Source: Hyaloraphidium curvatum SAG 235-1 (Eukaryota > Fungi > Monoblepharomycota). Taken from it: a DNA stretch of 64,000 nucleotides. The notes beneath the pieces were generated by a model. That model saw nothing but the letters and a program-made list of their open reading frames with translations. It was not told where the DNA came from and did not search any database. Position 1 is the first letter of the stretch. Each line of letters starts with the position of its first letter. The stretch covers positions 496,001-560,000 of the forward strand of contig JAIVFI010000022.1 in the NCBI GenBank assembly GCA_025558095.1, written 5' to 3'. A program made the translations under genes and the position numbers. This document shows positions 1 through 12,361 of this stretch, piece by piece.

Positions 1-1339
1 GCCTGTTCTTAACGATGGCAGGAGGTTCGTCCTCGCCAAGCCGGAGCGAAAAGGCGTTCTGCTGCTTCTGGAGAAGCAGCTCCTGGCCAATCGCCATCAG
101 AGTCTCTTGCATCGACTGGATCCGGATGGGTTTCGTCAGCGTCCCGCGCATGCCGCTGTCGATCGAGCGCGTCTGCGAGATCTGCAGCAAATGGACGCGC
201 CAGACGACAAGTAGGAGACTCAGTGCCCAATCCGACCTCAGAGATGTCGGCAGTGACGGCGATGATTACGGGGTGAGGCCGTCAATGACGGGCATGTTGA
301 CTGTGCGAATTTCGTAAGATGAAGGCCCAAAAAGCAACGGTGAGAGCAACCCACCATCCATCAAGATTAGCTCGAACGGCAGGCCCGCACGGATGGCCTC
401 CTCCACTGTCCACCATCTCGATCGCCACTTTGCCGTCGTTCGCGCATTGGACGCCCTCGAAACCCATCTTCTCCAGGAACCGCGTCGCCAGAAGAAGGTT
501 GACCGAGTTGTCGTACACCGCGGGGATCCGCATCGGCAGCCGCTTGCCCAGGGTGTGGTCGATTTCGCTCGCGGGGTCTTCTGTCTCCCTGCGGCGTTTG
601 GGCGCGCCACCGGCCGCGCCGTCGGGAGCTGCCTCCGACGCGGATCCGTTCGGAAGTGGGGCCGAAGCAGGGGCCCCGGTGGCCACGGCGTTGGCGAGCT
701 TGGCCGAATCCAGAGCCTGCACCACGACCTCGGCCATGGAGCTCGAGCGGTAGGGGATGTAGATGTGCGCGTCACGTTGTTGGGGTAGAACGTCCTGCCG
801 GCGCGGTCGGGTTACTCCTCCAACACGGCCGAACGGAAGCCAACGAACCATTGGTCAAACACGCTCTCCCCGTGGTTGAAGAGCTTGTCGTCGATGCACC
901 ACAGCCGCAGCTTGGTCGCCTCGCTCAAGTCGCTCGTGTAGTCCGTCGCCAGGAAGTGCTCCAGGTCGTTCTTCCGCCACAGTGCGACCGCTGCGGAGTT
1001 TCCTCAGAACATGGCATGATTATCCAGGTCGTAGATCCACACCGGCGAGGTGAAGTTGCCCAGGAGCGTCGCGTGCTCGGGCGTCCAGTGCGGCCTGGCC
1101 ATGAATGCCCGGAAAACCGGCCGCGGCACCCAAGCGAGGCCCGCAAGCACACAAGAACATCAAATCACGGCGGAATCGGTCAGCCGCACCCGCGATGGCC
1201 TCCGTCGGGGCGGTGACCCACCAGTGGTCGAACACCCTCTCGTGCCGCCGGTGCGCCGCCGGCAAGATAGGCGCGCCGCCGCGCCACGGAGGCCGCGCCG
1301 TCCGCGGCATAGTGTCCCGCGCCTCCTTGGCCGGGCTCG
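1..1339 (-). pseudogene. Inverted, internally deleted pseudo-copy of the hybrid histidine kinase at 8242-12361 (runs off the window start)
   Basis: Reverse complement of ~780-1339 matches 8260-8820, and 1-~775 matches ~11480-12296, introns included. About 2.66 kb (HisKA+HATPase) is missing at the junction near 775. It also has a 7-nt insertion near 405, a ~50-nt deletion near 270 and receiver VDD changed to VYD. Confidence 0.92.
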
Positions 1340-1803
1340 AGAATGCGGTCATCTTCGCGTATGTACGGCAGTCCGATAGAGGCATCCCGGCCCGATTCGG
1401 CGTCCGCGGGCGCGGTCCGTCCGGCGGCGGTGTCCAATTGCCGGTTCAGGGCCGACCGAGAGTGGTCGCCGGCGCGGGGGCCGGAAGGAAAGGTGGAAGG
1501 CGTGTTGCTCTTCAGAGACGCGGGCATACGGCCGGGCTCGGACTCCAAACAGACGACGCGTCCGCCCGCCGACGCCCCACGTGTGCACAAGCCGTCAACC
1601 CTGTTGGCTCAACGCGTGAGACAAAAAAAATATTCATTGTTCTTTATCTGGTTTCCGAGCAAAGTGCCTACTAGGTTTCCGGTTCTCTGAATCAGTACTC
1701 GCGACCCAGACGATTTCAACCGACCGCAGCCTTCGGCGAGCCCATCCGGCCACTAAAGTATCCTCCCCATCGTAGCATTCGAATCCCACACTTCCCCGCA
1801 GAC

Positions 1804-2852
1804 CTAGGCGGAGAACACCGGGATGGTGCGCCTGACCTTGCCACCGGCCGCCATGGACTGCAGCCGCTTCGGGCCAGCGGGATCCATCTTTTTGAGGTCG
1901 ATCTCGAAAATGCCGTTGTCGGTGAAAGTGCGGAAGTGGTAGACGAGGTTCTTGGTGTCTGCCACGCAGGTCCAGAGGTTGTACTCGGCGCTCTCCGCCT
2001 TGGTCTCCGCGTCGACGTTGCGCAGCACTCCCGGGGGGATGTCGAACATGTTCATGACGTGCCAGGCAGCCCACACGGTGCTTTCGCCGTCTTCGCCGGG
2101 GTACGCGTCGCGGGCGTAGAGTGATGCGCGTACAAATCGGTCGGCGGAATTGCTGCCCCCCGGCATGCCCATGTAGCCGAGGCCCACGGTACTCTTGTAG
2201 TTCTGCGAGCCCGCATGGATGGGCTCGGGGTTGTACGGCGACAGGTGCTCGTATCGCTTCCAATTGTTCACGTGCCACTCATAGTCAGGCATGTTGGTGA
2301 CGATCCCGGTTTTGCAGTCGTAGATCTGGGGCGGTTGGCCCGCCTTGTGCCATTCCAGCACGATGGAGTCGCCCGACTTGTCGCCCACCCGCAGCTGGAG
2401 CGGGAGAAGCCCCGGTTTGCCCGGAAACGGGAACAGCGCATCCGACACGATGAAGTCGGAACGCTCCACGGCATTGCGGACCTCGGCGCACGTGGCAAAG
2501 TTGCCGAGGACGTACGGAACCACCTGCCAGATGGCGATGCACTTGTTCCGGTTGGCGTCGGTCGCTGCTGTAAACTCAGAGAACCCGGGAAGGTAGCGAC
2601 GAGGCCGTGCTCGTTCATCCCGTCGTCACCGCCGTCAATGTCGACGCCGTTGATATCCTCTTTGAACAGGGAGCCGCCGAATGCGTGGGCGTTTTGCCAC
2701 TTGAGCCCGTCGGCCCCGGACGCCGTCATGCCGACGAACCACTGCCCGCGCGGCACGAAGCTGAGCGCCGGCGGAAGCGGGGTGTCGAACTCGAGCGTCC
2801 TGGCGTAGACCACGTCGCCATTGCTCGCAATAAGGCGGATTCCGGTGCACAT
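1804..2852 (-). pseudogene. Choloylglycine hydrolase / penicillin V acylase family Ntn-hydrolase, intronless, frameshifted near 2597
   Basis: N-terminal MCTGIRL (catalytic Cys2), YARTLEF, DGMNEHGL, then in another frame YLPGF...VLGNFATCAEV, GIVTNMPDYEWH..N, GMPGGSNSADRFVRA, WTCVADTKNLVYHFRT. No intron explains the frame change. Confidence 0.85.
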
Positions 2853-3354
2853 GGTGGTTGGGGGACGCGGTGCGGGAGGGCTAGCACGGCGTGTGGTTGG
2901 AATCGGTCCGGAATGAAGTTGCGGCCATGAGCTCACCGACTACGGCTCCGGGAGGCAGCTGAAGCAAGGGCAGAAGACCTGGAGGCAGACAGCGAGGTAT
3001 TCTGTCCGCTGGTTGGCGCTAGTCCTGGCCGCGCTGCGAGGTTGCTTTGCCCGTTGCCAGTTTCGGCCGTCCCTTGTCCCTTGTTTTTGGGGCCCTAACA
3101 GTCCCTCGACCTGCGGTGGCCGCACATCCCGACCAGAGCGCATCTCGTTCCTCGGTACATCACATCTCGCTTCGCTCCTTGAGCTCTTTGTCATTCCGAA
3201 TATCGGGGTGCAACGGAGCGGTTCTGCGTGGCCGCATCACCGGAACGGCGGCAACGGACGCCGCATGGCGGCTGGAGCAGGTTGTGTCTAGCTGGAGAAC
3301 AGGGGGATGTGCAGGAGCGGAAACCCACCTTCTGCAGGGCACCATTCGCTTGAC

Positions 3355-4803
3355 ATGTCCGGCATTGCGGTCAGCCCGACCGAGGCCCCCGCGGAGCCTG
3401 ACGGAACTGCGGCCGCGGTCCCGATGTCCTTCCTGGCCCCGCCACCACCCCCTCGCCGCCGCGAGGTGCTGTTGAAGCTGTGCGAGGCCTAATTCGCCAC
3501 GGAGGCTCGCTGTTTGGGGACGCCGGGCTATTCGAAGACCTTGCGAGGGCTTTCAAAGTGCCGGCGCACTTTGCCTTTTCAACCGGAACCCTGCTCCTGG
3601 TGCGCTTCGAACGAGTTGCGGGCGATGCGCAAGCCGGTGAGAAGGAACCCTTGGACCAGCCAGGTGACGGCACCGGTGAGCCGGCACACCTAGAGACGCG
3701 CTTCGTGGCCTTCTCGCGAGCTTTCGATTTCCGCAAGCTGGGCCTCATAAGCGCCCTGGCTGCCGATGTCCTGGCAGGATCACGGGACGGCGCAACAGAT
3801 GCACCCGAAGTGGAAGAGATCTTTTCGCGTCTCAAGGACATCGAGGCGCTGCCTCCCCATGTTCCCGACTGGGTCAAGGACTGGATCGTTCTTCCGCTGA
3901 TCAGCGCACTCATGGCAGCCCTGTTTTACAACGGTCCGTGGATTTCGTGCGCGCTGGCGCTTCCGTTGGGCTACGTGCAATCCGTGGTGAAGCTTGCCGT
4001 GAGCGGCGCCAACCCTATCCTTTCGCACATCCGCGGGTTGCTCACGGCAACCATCGTCGGACTCCTTGCGGGCTGCATCGTCGGCTCCGGCACTTTCATC
4101 GACCAAGGCGTCTGCTTTGGAACCGTTGGCCTGGCCGGCGTCGTTTGGACCATTCCAGGCCTCGCCCTTGTTCTCGCGGGCATCCAGCTCATTACCGGCG
4201 ACATTGGAGCGGGCGCCACCAACCTGGCTGCGGCCATCCTCGGTGTCTTCCTCCTAGGCTTCGGACTCGAATTCGGCCTCCAGATCACGTTGCTCTTTGG
4301 CCTCCCCGGGCACCCCCAACCCAACTGCAATTCCATCCCGGTCTCGGGCTGGTGGTACTTTCTGCTTTTCCCCCTCGTCGGAACGCTGTACTGTTTGGCC
4401 TCGGGGATATATCACCGGGATCCCCGCCGCAGGCTTGGCGTACGGCGTCTGGTACGGCCTGCAGCTCCTTCCCTCGATCGAAGCCGTGGGGATCATGGGA
4501 TTCGGATGCGTGCTGCTCGTGTCCACATTCTGCGCATGCCTGGCTGCGTTCATCTACATGCGGTGGACCATGCGGTCGGCCTTCCCCACCGTCTTCCTGG
4601 CCCTCCAGTTCATCGTACCCGGAGGGCTGGCGCTCAAGCAGGCATTGTCGGATTTCGGCTCCACTGCGGGATTCACCGGCTCCATTTTCGCGACGAAGGT
4701 GCTGGCGGGGGCGTTGGGAGCAACCGTCGGCGCGATCCTGGCGCAGGCCGCGGTGTGGCCGCGCATCGGAACGCACGGGTGGAAAAACGAGCCTTATCGA
4801 TGA
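3355..4803 (+). CDS. ThrE (threonine/serine exporter, PRM10-like) membrane protein; frameshifts near 3490 and 4410 (possibly a pseudogene)
   Basis: LLKLCE-LIRHGG N-terminal pattern, about 10 hydrophobic segments, paired motifs VWTIPGLAL and QFIVPGGLAL typical of ThrE halves. The reading frame changes twice without GT-AG introns. Confidence 0.75.
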
Positions 4804-5029
4804 ATGAAGGGTGTGATGACGTATGGCCACGGGCACAAGGCCCGGCGCTGGTTTTACCGGGAGCGACCCGGAGAGACGTACACTCATGTGCGGATTACAT
4901 GGTGGGATAGATAATGCGCCGAGCCCGAAGGGCATCTGACCGCTCCATCAGTCCTGGCCGCAACCTGCCTCGTAGAATCGGCGCATGTCCCACCCAGAAA
5001 CGTATTACTGACACATAACGAGAGTGGAT

Positions 5030-6091
5030 CTACAGCTTCGCCTGCGCCGCCAGGTGCTTCCCGAAGAACCGCAGCATCCGCTCCGTCGCCGTCTTGGCCG
5101 CCGACTGCCCGGTGCGTCAGCATGGACAACGGGCGGGGCGGAGAACCGCTTACCGCGTGGTACGTCGCCGATTCCTCGTTCACTGCAGGGAGGATGGTTG
5201 GATCAGATGGGTCCGCGGAAGGAGCAGAGGGACGCGACCCACTGAAGGCGTGGTCGGCGCCGGGGTACTGGTAGAACTCGCTGCGTTTCCCGGTGCCCGC
5301 GTCAGCAGGCCGATCGTGCAGGCGGTGCGGGCGGTGGTTCACCTCGTGTCCTTGCCCGCCGCTGCCAGCGACCCCTTGAACTTGTCCGCCGTCTTTTTGT
5401 CGCTGTACCCCTCCGCCGAGTCCTCGTCTCCAAAGTGGTACTGGCCGACCAGGGCACGTCAGCCGCCATGTCCCGCGGCCCGAAGGACGGGGGTCACCTG
5501 AAGGGGGCACTTGATCCCCGCCGGCGGGGCAAAGTCCGCGGGCGGGATGCCGTAGAAGCACGCGCCGGCGTCGATCCCCTGGCCGCCGACGTGCACCGCG
5601 GCGGCGATGGTGAGGGCACCGCCCATGCTTTCCCGGCGCGTCAGCAGGCCGCAAAACGCGGGCGGCCGAGCGGCCGAGCGGCACGCACCAGAAGCCCGTG
5701 ATCCCGACCCGCCTGCAGCCCTTGGAGCGGAGGTACGCGGCGCACTTGCGGATGTCCTCCACGGCCGTGGGGAAGTCGAGGCCCTCCATGAGGTGGTTTG
5801 CCTCGTCGGCCTCCGTTGCGACCTTCCCGCGGTAGAGGTCCGGCGCGATGGCCAGCGCCGGCATGGCCTCCGCGAACCTCTTCGTCGTGTTCTTGATCTG
5901 CTGGTTGAGGCCCCACCACTCCTGGATGACGATGAGGCCGACACCCGAGGAGGCTGGGCGGCGGAGGGGGCACGGAGGTGAAGGAGGTGGGACGCGTTGG
6001 CTCGCCGTTCTCGGGACCAGGGGGGCCAAGGGGGCGGCAACGCACGGGATCCGGCGACATAGCACGGCACGCCTTCCCACTGGATGTCCAT
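5030..6091 (-). CDS. Dienelactone hydrolase (carboxymethylenebutenolidase) family, multi-exon, C-terminal PTS1 (AKL)
   Basis: IVIQEWWGLNQQI, APDLYRG, spliced GFCMGG nucleophile motif, HFGDED, YPGADHAF. About 5 short introns. Ends ...KHLAAQAKL*. Confidence 0.9.
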
Positions 6092-6730
6092 TCTGCCTGA
6101 TTCGGGGTTAGGACGCGTCCGGGAGACAGCAGGGCCTCGCGGTGTGATCGGACGCCGATCGGAGTCACGCGATCCATTGCGGCTGCCCCGTCGCTTTTCG
6201 GTGACCCCCTGCGCTGCCTGACGTCCCGCGGTTTCAGGCACTCGCGCATTTGAACGCTTACGTGCGATTCCGTGCTCGCCCGTCCCGCCGCTGTCGAGTT
6301 CGTCGCGCGTTTGCCCGCCCTGCACCACTTTTCCTGACGTGCTGCTCCTGCACTACTCGTAGCCCGCCGCCGCCGCCCCGCCGCTTTTCGAAATCTTCTG
6401 ATCGCCCTTCCCCGCCCCACCCCGGCCCCTGTTCCCCCCTAACTCCTTGTTCCCTTCCTGCCCCAGGTGGGCCTTCTCGTTTTCACACGGCGCGGGCGGC
6501 GCTCGACGGTGCGACAACGGCGGCGGATGATCTTGGGCCCTTCTGCGAACAACACTGCTGCGAGACTGCTTGCTAGCCCTGCTCTTAGGTGGCACACTGA
6601 GCCCGGCCCTTGGTGTTTCGCCTACCGGGGAAACGCTCCCGCATAAAAAGCGCGTGTGCACCCCGTGTGGGGCGCCCGACCGTGCCTCGGCAGCGAACCT
6701 TTACAGAGCAGCCTCGCCCCGATAAGCAGC

Positions 6731-7968
6731 ATGTCTTTTGCGGAGGAGGAGTACGCCACACCGCCGGCGTCGCCGTCGCCCGCCGCGCCGCCCGACGTGC
6801 TCACGGCGCTGCCGACCGAGCTCGCCCTCCAAGTGCTCCGCACGGCGCTGCTCCCCATGGACCTCCTCGCCGTCTCAGCGCTGTCGCGGGCCCACCGGTT
6901 GCTGGCCGCGGACGCCTCCGCGTGGAAGCTCGCGTGCGCGCGGCTCTCTCGCGAGAAGGACGACGCGTCGCGGCTGTTCCGGGCGTGGCGCAGTATGGCC
7001 AACACGCTGTTCTTCCCGCCGCGGCCAAGGCGCGGCCAGCTGTTCCCCTTAAGCATGCTGAGCCCGTTCGCGGACTGGGCCGCACAGCCCGAGCTGCTCG
7101 ACTCGGTCGACGCCCGCGAGGCAGAAAAGTGCGCGCGCGCGCTCGCCTTCCTCCGCTCCCTGCCGTACCCCGATCTGCCCCCCAAGGACGCCCTGCTGCA
7201 CCTCTCCGCCTCCTCCTCCCATCTGGTGGCCCGCAGCGCCCCGCCCGCGCCCAACGCCTGGCACCTCTCCCTCGGCGCGCACCTCCGCGAGCGCACCTCG
7301 CGGCGCTTCCCCCTCCGCGCCGAGATCGAGGCGACCGAGTTCGAGTTCCGCTTCCGCGCGCGGAGCTTCGCCTTCCCGCCGCCGGACGACGGCGCGGCCG
7401 AGGACGAGGAGGCGGCGGAGCGGGACGGCGAGGACCGCGCCTACCGCGCCTTCTTCGAGCGCAACGGGACGTACAGGAGCGAGAACTTTTTCGCGGACGG
7501 CGAGGGGGAGGTAAGGATGGACTGGCGGCCCGTGGGGGACGGCGAGCAGCCCGCGGATGCGCCAGGGGAAGGGGACGGGGACGGGGAGGGGGAGGGGGAG
7601 GAGGACGGGGGGCGCGGGGGGCCGAGGGTCGCGTGGTTCCCCGTCCCGTTGCCGCGGAGGAGGCGGGCCGCGGCGCACCTGTGGGACCGCTTCCGCCAGA
7701 TCCAGGTGCTTTTTGCCCCGCGCAACGAACACCCCGCGATGCTGACGCGCCCCTTCCCTCCGGGTCCAGGTATCGCACTACATCCCGCACGGCGTCGAGC
7801 GCGTGCAGCACGGCCGCGCGGCGGGGATGTGGGTCGTCAGGAACGAGGGTGGGTCGCCCGCCGCCGCGCGCAGGCTTCCGTCCTGACGCCCGCGGCCGGG
7901 CAGCGGTGATATTCAGGTCCGTCGGGCCGCGCGCGGACGCGGGGCTGCCGTGGTTGGAGGAACCGTAG
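6731..7968 (+). CDS. F-box domain protein (2 introns near the 3' end)
   Basis: DVLTALPTELALQVLRTALLPMDLLAVSALSRAHRLLAADASAWK F-box pattern. Introns at ~7706-7769 and ~7849-7903 give ...PWLEEP*. Confidence 0.75.
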
Positions 7969-8241
7969 GGGAGGGCGGGTTGCTGACAAACGAGGGACGG
8001 AGGTCGGAGGCGCCGTTGGTGGCCCGCGCATGCCGCTCGGCGTCCCCAGCCGGAGGAAGGAGAGTAATTCGGTCGTATGAGCAGCATCCGCTCGAAGCTT
8101 GTATTCCGCGACCCGGCGGCCGACGTCCCTTGGACCGAGTTATTCGGGACGCAATCGAGGTATCGATCGTGCGGCTTCCCTTGCGGTCCGTTGATGATCC
8201 CTAGGGGCGCCGGCCGACTTTCTCCCCATTTTCCGCGGCGG

Positions 8242-11200
8242 ATGGACGTCGACCCGGCCGAACCCGGCCAAGGAGGCGCGGGACACTATGCCGCGGACGG
8301 CGCGGCCTCCTTGGAGCGGCGGCGCGCCTATCTTGCGGCGCACCGGCGGCACGAGAGGGTGTTCGACCACTGGTGGGTCACCGCCCCGACGGAGGCCATC
8401 GCGGGTGTGGCTGACCGATTCCGCCGTGATTTGATGTTCTCGTGTGTTGCGGGCCTCGCTTGCGGTGCCGCGGCCGGTTTTCCGGGCATTCGTTGCCAGG
8501 CCGCACTGGACGCCCGAGCACGCGACGCTCCTGGCCAACTTCACCTCGCCGGTGTGGATCTACGACCTGGATAATCATGCCATGTTCTGGGGAAACTCCG
8601 CGGCGGTCGCACTGTGGCGGAAGAACGACCTGGAGCACTTCCTGGCAACGGACTACAAGAGCGACTTGAGCGAGGCGACCAAGCTGCGGCTGTGGGGCAT
8701 CGACGACAAGCTCTTCAACCACGGGGAGAGCGTGTTCGACCAATGGTTCGTGGACTCCCGTTCGGCCGAGTTCGGGGAGTAACCGGGCCGCGCCGGCAGG
8801 ACCTTCTACCCCAACAATGCCGACGGCGAGCGTACTGCAATCACCGTGGACTGCCACTGCTTCGGAATCTACCTGCCCAACGGCTACTACGGGTTCTACG
8901 TGGAGGGCATCCCCCGCGCCGCGTCGAAGCCCCTGCCGGCCGCCGCCGGGCCCTCTACAAACAACCTCTCCTCCTCCACCAACCTCGCCGCCCCTTCCAC
9001 CGGCAACCTCACCGCCGCATCCTCCAGCAACCTCTCCTCCGCGGGCAACGCCGCCTCGGCCGCCAGCCTCCCGTCGACGTCGACGAGCGACATGTCGGCC
9101 TCGAGCGGCGCCCTCTCGGCGGCGGATATGATCTCGGCGGTGCGCAACACCCCGTCGGGGGTGCTCTCGCTCGTGTCGCAGCTGGAGATTTCCTCGGGGC
9201 TTCCATCAGGGTCGGTGCCGTCCGGGGCGGTTTCGGGCGGGATCTCGGGGGCGTCGGGTGCCCTTTCGGGCGTTTCGGGCGCCATCTCGGGCTCCGTACA
9301 CTCCGGCACCACCTCCGGCTACGTTCCTCCCGGCGGCATCCCGGCCAACGTCTGGGCCGGCGACGCGCCCACGCCGCCCGCCACGACCTACAGCGAGATG
9401 GGCGACTCCTCGGTCACAGATACCCACTCCGACAACGACCTCCAGATGGCACAGATCAGGGAACGCAACCTCCGCACCGTCGAATCCTTCCACCAGGCGC
9501 CCTACTGCATCCTCCTCCTCCGCCCGCTGCCTGCGTCGGCCGCCACCGACGCCGCCGAGCTGTGGGCCCGCCCGGGCCAGGACATGGTGATGCAGAACCC
9601 CGAGGCGATGCGGCGTTTCGGCCCCGCGTGGAGCTTCTGGGCCTCCTGGGCCGACCGCGAGCGGCGCAACGGCGCCATCGCGGAGCTCCAGGCCCGCGGC
9701 GCGTCCTCGGACGAGGCGCTGCTGGCCGCGCGGGAGGGCACCCCGGCGTGGTTCAGGTTCGACGCGAGGGTGATGAACGATCCGGCGACGGCGGGCACGC
9801 TGCTGCTCGTGTTCCTGGTGGATATTTCGCAGCAGAAGTCGCTCGAGGGGCAGCTCGTGAAGGCGCGGGCCGACGCGGAAGCTGGAAACCTGGCCAAGAG
9901 CGAGTTCCTCGCGATCAGTGGGTGATCGGCCACTCGGCATCGGTGAAGGGGCTGACGGGCGTCCAATTAGTGTCGCACGAGATCAGGACGCCGCTCAATT
10001 CCATCATCGGGATGACGACGCTGCTGATGGACACGGAAAAGACCATGACGCCGGAGCAGAGCAAGTGCGTAGGGCTGATACGCAGCTCGGGGGACTCGCT
10101 GCTTTCCATCATCGACGATATCCTCGGTAGACGCGGCTGAGCGTTCTTTGTCTGGCCCAGCTAATCGTTGCGTCGCAGATTTTTCGAAGATCGAGTCAGG
10201 AAAGTACAACCGTGGGTCGAGCCGTCGCTGGCCAACGACAGCATCCGCTGATCCACGTTCTTCCAGTCCACCTCGAACCCTTCCCCATCCGTCGCATGAT
10301 CGAGGAGGTCATGGACCTCTTCCGTTCCCAAAGCGTCACGAGGCAGCTCCGTCTGACCCACTGCGTCGCGCCCAGCGTGCCCGAATGGGTTCGCGGGGAC
10401 GAGAAGCGCCTCCGCCAGGTGCTCTGGAACATCCTGGCCAACGCGGTCAAGTTCTCCAAGACCGGCGGCTACGTTTCCGTCATTGTTGACCGGGATGAGT
10501 CCCTCGATGGCGGCGTGAGGTTCGCCGTCACCGATACCGGGATCGGGATACCCCAGGAGAAGATTGGCGTGTTGTTTTCGCCCTTCACCCAGGCCGACTC
10601 GTCCGTCAACAGGCGGTTTGGCGGCTCGGGATTGGGTCTGGCCCTCGTCAAGCGGCTGGTTGGCCTCATGGGCGGACACATCGAGGTGACCTCCGTCGTG
10701 GGACGGGGGAGCACCTTCACGTTCTCCATTTGCGCTCCGGACGCCGGGCACGAGGCGGCCGCGGGATCGGGCTACTTCGGACACCAGCCTACCCACTACA
10801 AGATGCTTGCCTCGTCGCCCGACGGGGGTGCCGCCGCGCGGCGGTATCCCGGCACCACGCCGCCCGTGCACCAGCAGAACTTGCACACGCCTCCGGTACC
10901 CGGCGCCGCAGGAGCACGTCTCCTCCCGTTCCGGCTCAACGGCACCGCGGTGCGCAGCCCCGGCTCCGAAGAGGCGTCCGGATCCCTCCACGGGAGCCCG
11001 GGCGTCGATCTGGAGCTCACGTCGGGGAAGCGCTTCGCGGTCGTGATCCCCGACGTGGTCAGCCGCGGCCAAGCTTCCACGCACCTCTCGCGCGAGCTTG
11101 GCATGGTGTGCGCCGGGGAGTGGGCGTCCGCCGACGAGGCGCGGGCTCACCTGGAATCGGAGCAGCTGGATCTGATTGTCGTACATCGGAGCTTGGGGCC

Positions 11201-12361
11201 GGCGGAGCGGGATCCGTACGAAACCCTGCCGCGGCGCGAGGGTGCCGAGGGGAAGCGGGCCCTGGACGGCGGCCGAAGGAAACCTTCGGCTATCGTGGAC
11301 GACGGCGGTGTTGGCCAGCTGTTGCGAGCTTCCGCGGATGCGCAAAGACGGAAGTTCGGACGGCGCCCCGCGGTCGTGATGACTTCTTGGCTCGCGGTCG
11401 CGGGCACGTCGGCGGACCAGGGTGCCACCTCGGCGGCGCAGATGTTTGTCCCGTCGGCATCCGAGTTTGACGACGTCGTCGACGCCCACATCTACATCCC
11501 CTACCGCTCGAGCTCCATGGTCGAGGCCGTGGTGCAGGCTCTGGATTCGGCCAAGCTCGCCAACACCGTGGCCACCGGGGCCCCTGCTTCGGCCCCACTT
11601 CCGAGCGGATCCGCGTCGGAGGCAGCTCCCGACGGCGCCGCCGGTGGCGCGCCCAAACGCCGCAGGGAGACAAAAGGCCCCGCGAGCGAAATCGACCACA
11701 CCCTGGGCAAGCGGCTGCCGATGCGGATCCTCGCGGTGGACGACAACTCGGTCAACCTTCTTCTGGCGACGCGGTTCCTGGAGAAGATGGGTTTCGAGGG
11801 CGTTCAATGCGCGGACGACGGCAAAGTGGCGATCGAGATGGTGGAGGAGGCCATCCGTGCGGGCCTGCCGTTCGAGCTAATCTTGATGGATGGTGGGTTG
11901 CTCTCGCCGTTGCTTTTTGGCCTTCACCTTACGAAATTCGCACAGTCAACATGCCCGTTATTGACGGCCTCACCGCGTCTCGGGAGATTATCGCGTACTG
12001 CGAGAGTCTGGGCCTAATGCCTCCCGTCATCATCGCCGTCACTGCCGACATCTCTGAGGTGGGTTTGCGTGCCAGCTCTCAACTCGCTTTCGTCTGACGC
12101 GTCCATTTGCTGCAGATCTCCCAGGCCCGCTCGATCGACAGCGGCATGCGCGGAACGCTGACGAAGCCCATCCGGATCCAGTCAATGCAAGAGACCCTGA
12201 TGGCGATTGGCCAGGAGCTCCTTCTCCAAAGGCAGCAGAACGCCTTTTCGCTCCGACTTGGCGAGGACGAAACCCCTGCGCTCGTTAAGAACAGGCTGGA
12301 GAGGTCGCGGCCGCCGTCAGAACGGGGTGGGAGGTCGCCGGGGAGCGGGAACGAGGGATGA
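8242..12361 (+). CDS. Hybrid sensor histidine kinase (PAS-like sensor, HisKA, HATPase_c, degenerate receiver, receiver)
   Basis: Spliced [20 protein letters not shown] (H-box), [19 protein letters not shown] (N-box), [21 protein letters not shown], and receiver [10 protein letters not shown]...ILMDVNMP..DG...TKP. Introns include 8373-8499 and 8746-8799. Confidence 0.95.

Noticed and set aside
1-12361. Inverted repeats as TIRs of a large cargo-carrying transposon
   Set aside because: The arms are histidine-kinase gene sequence. No transposase, recombinase or TSD is visible.
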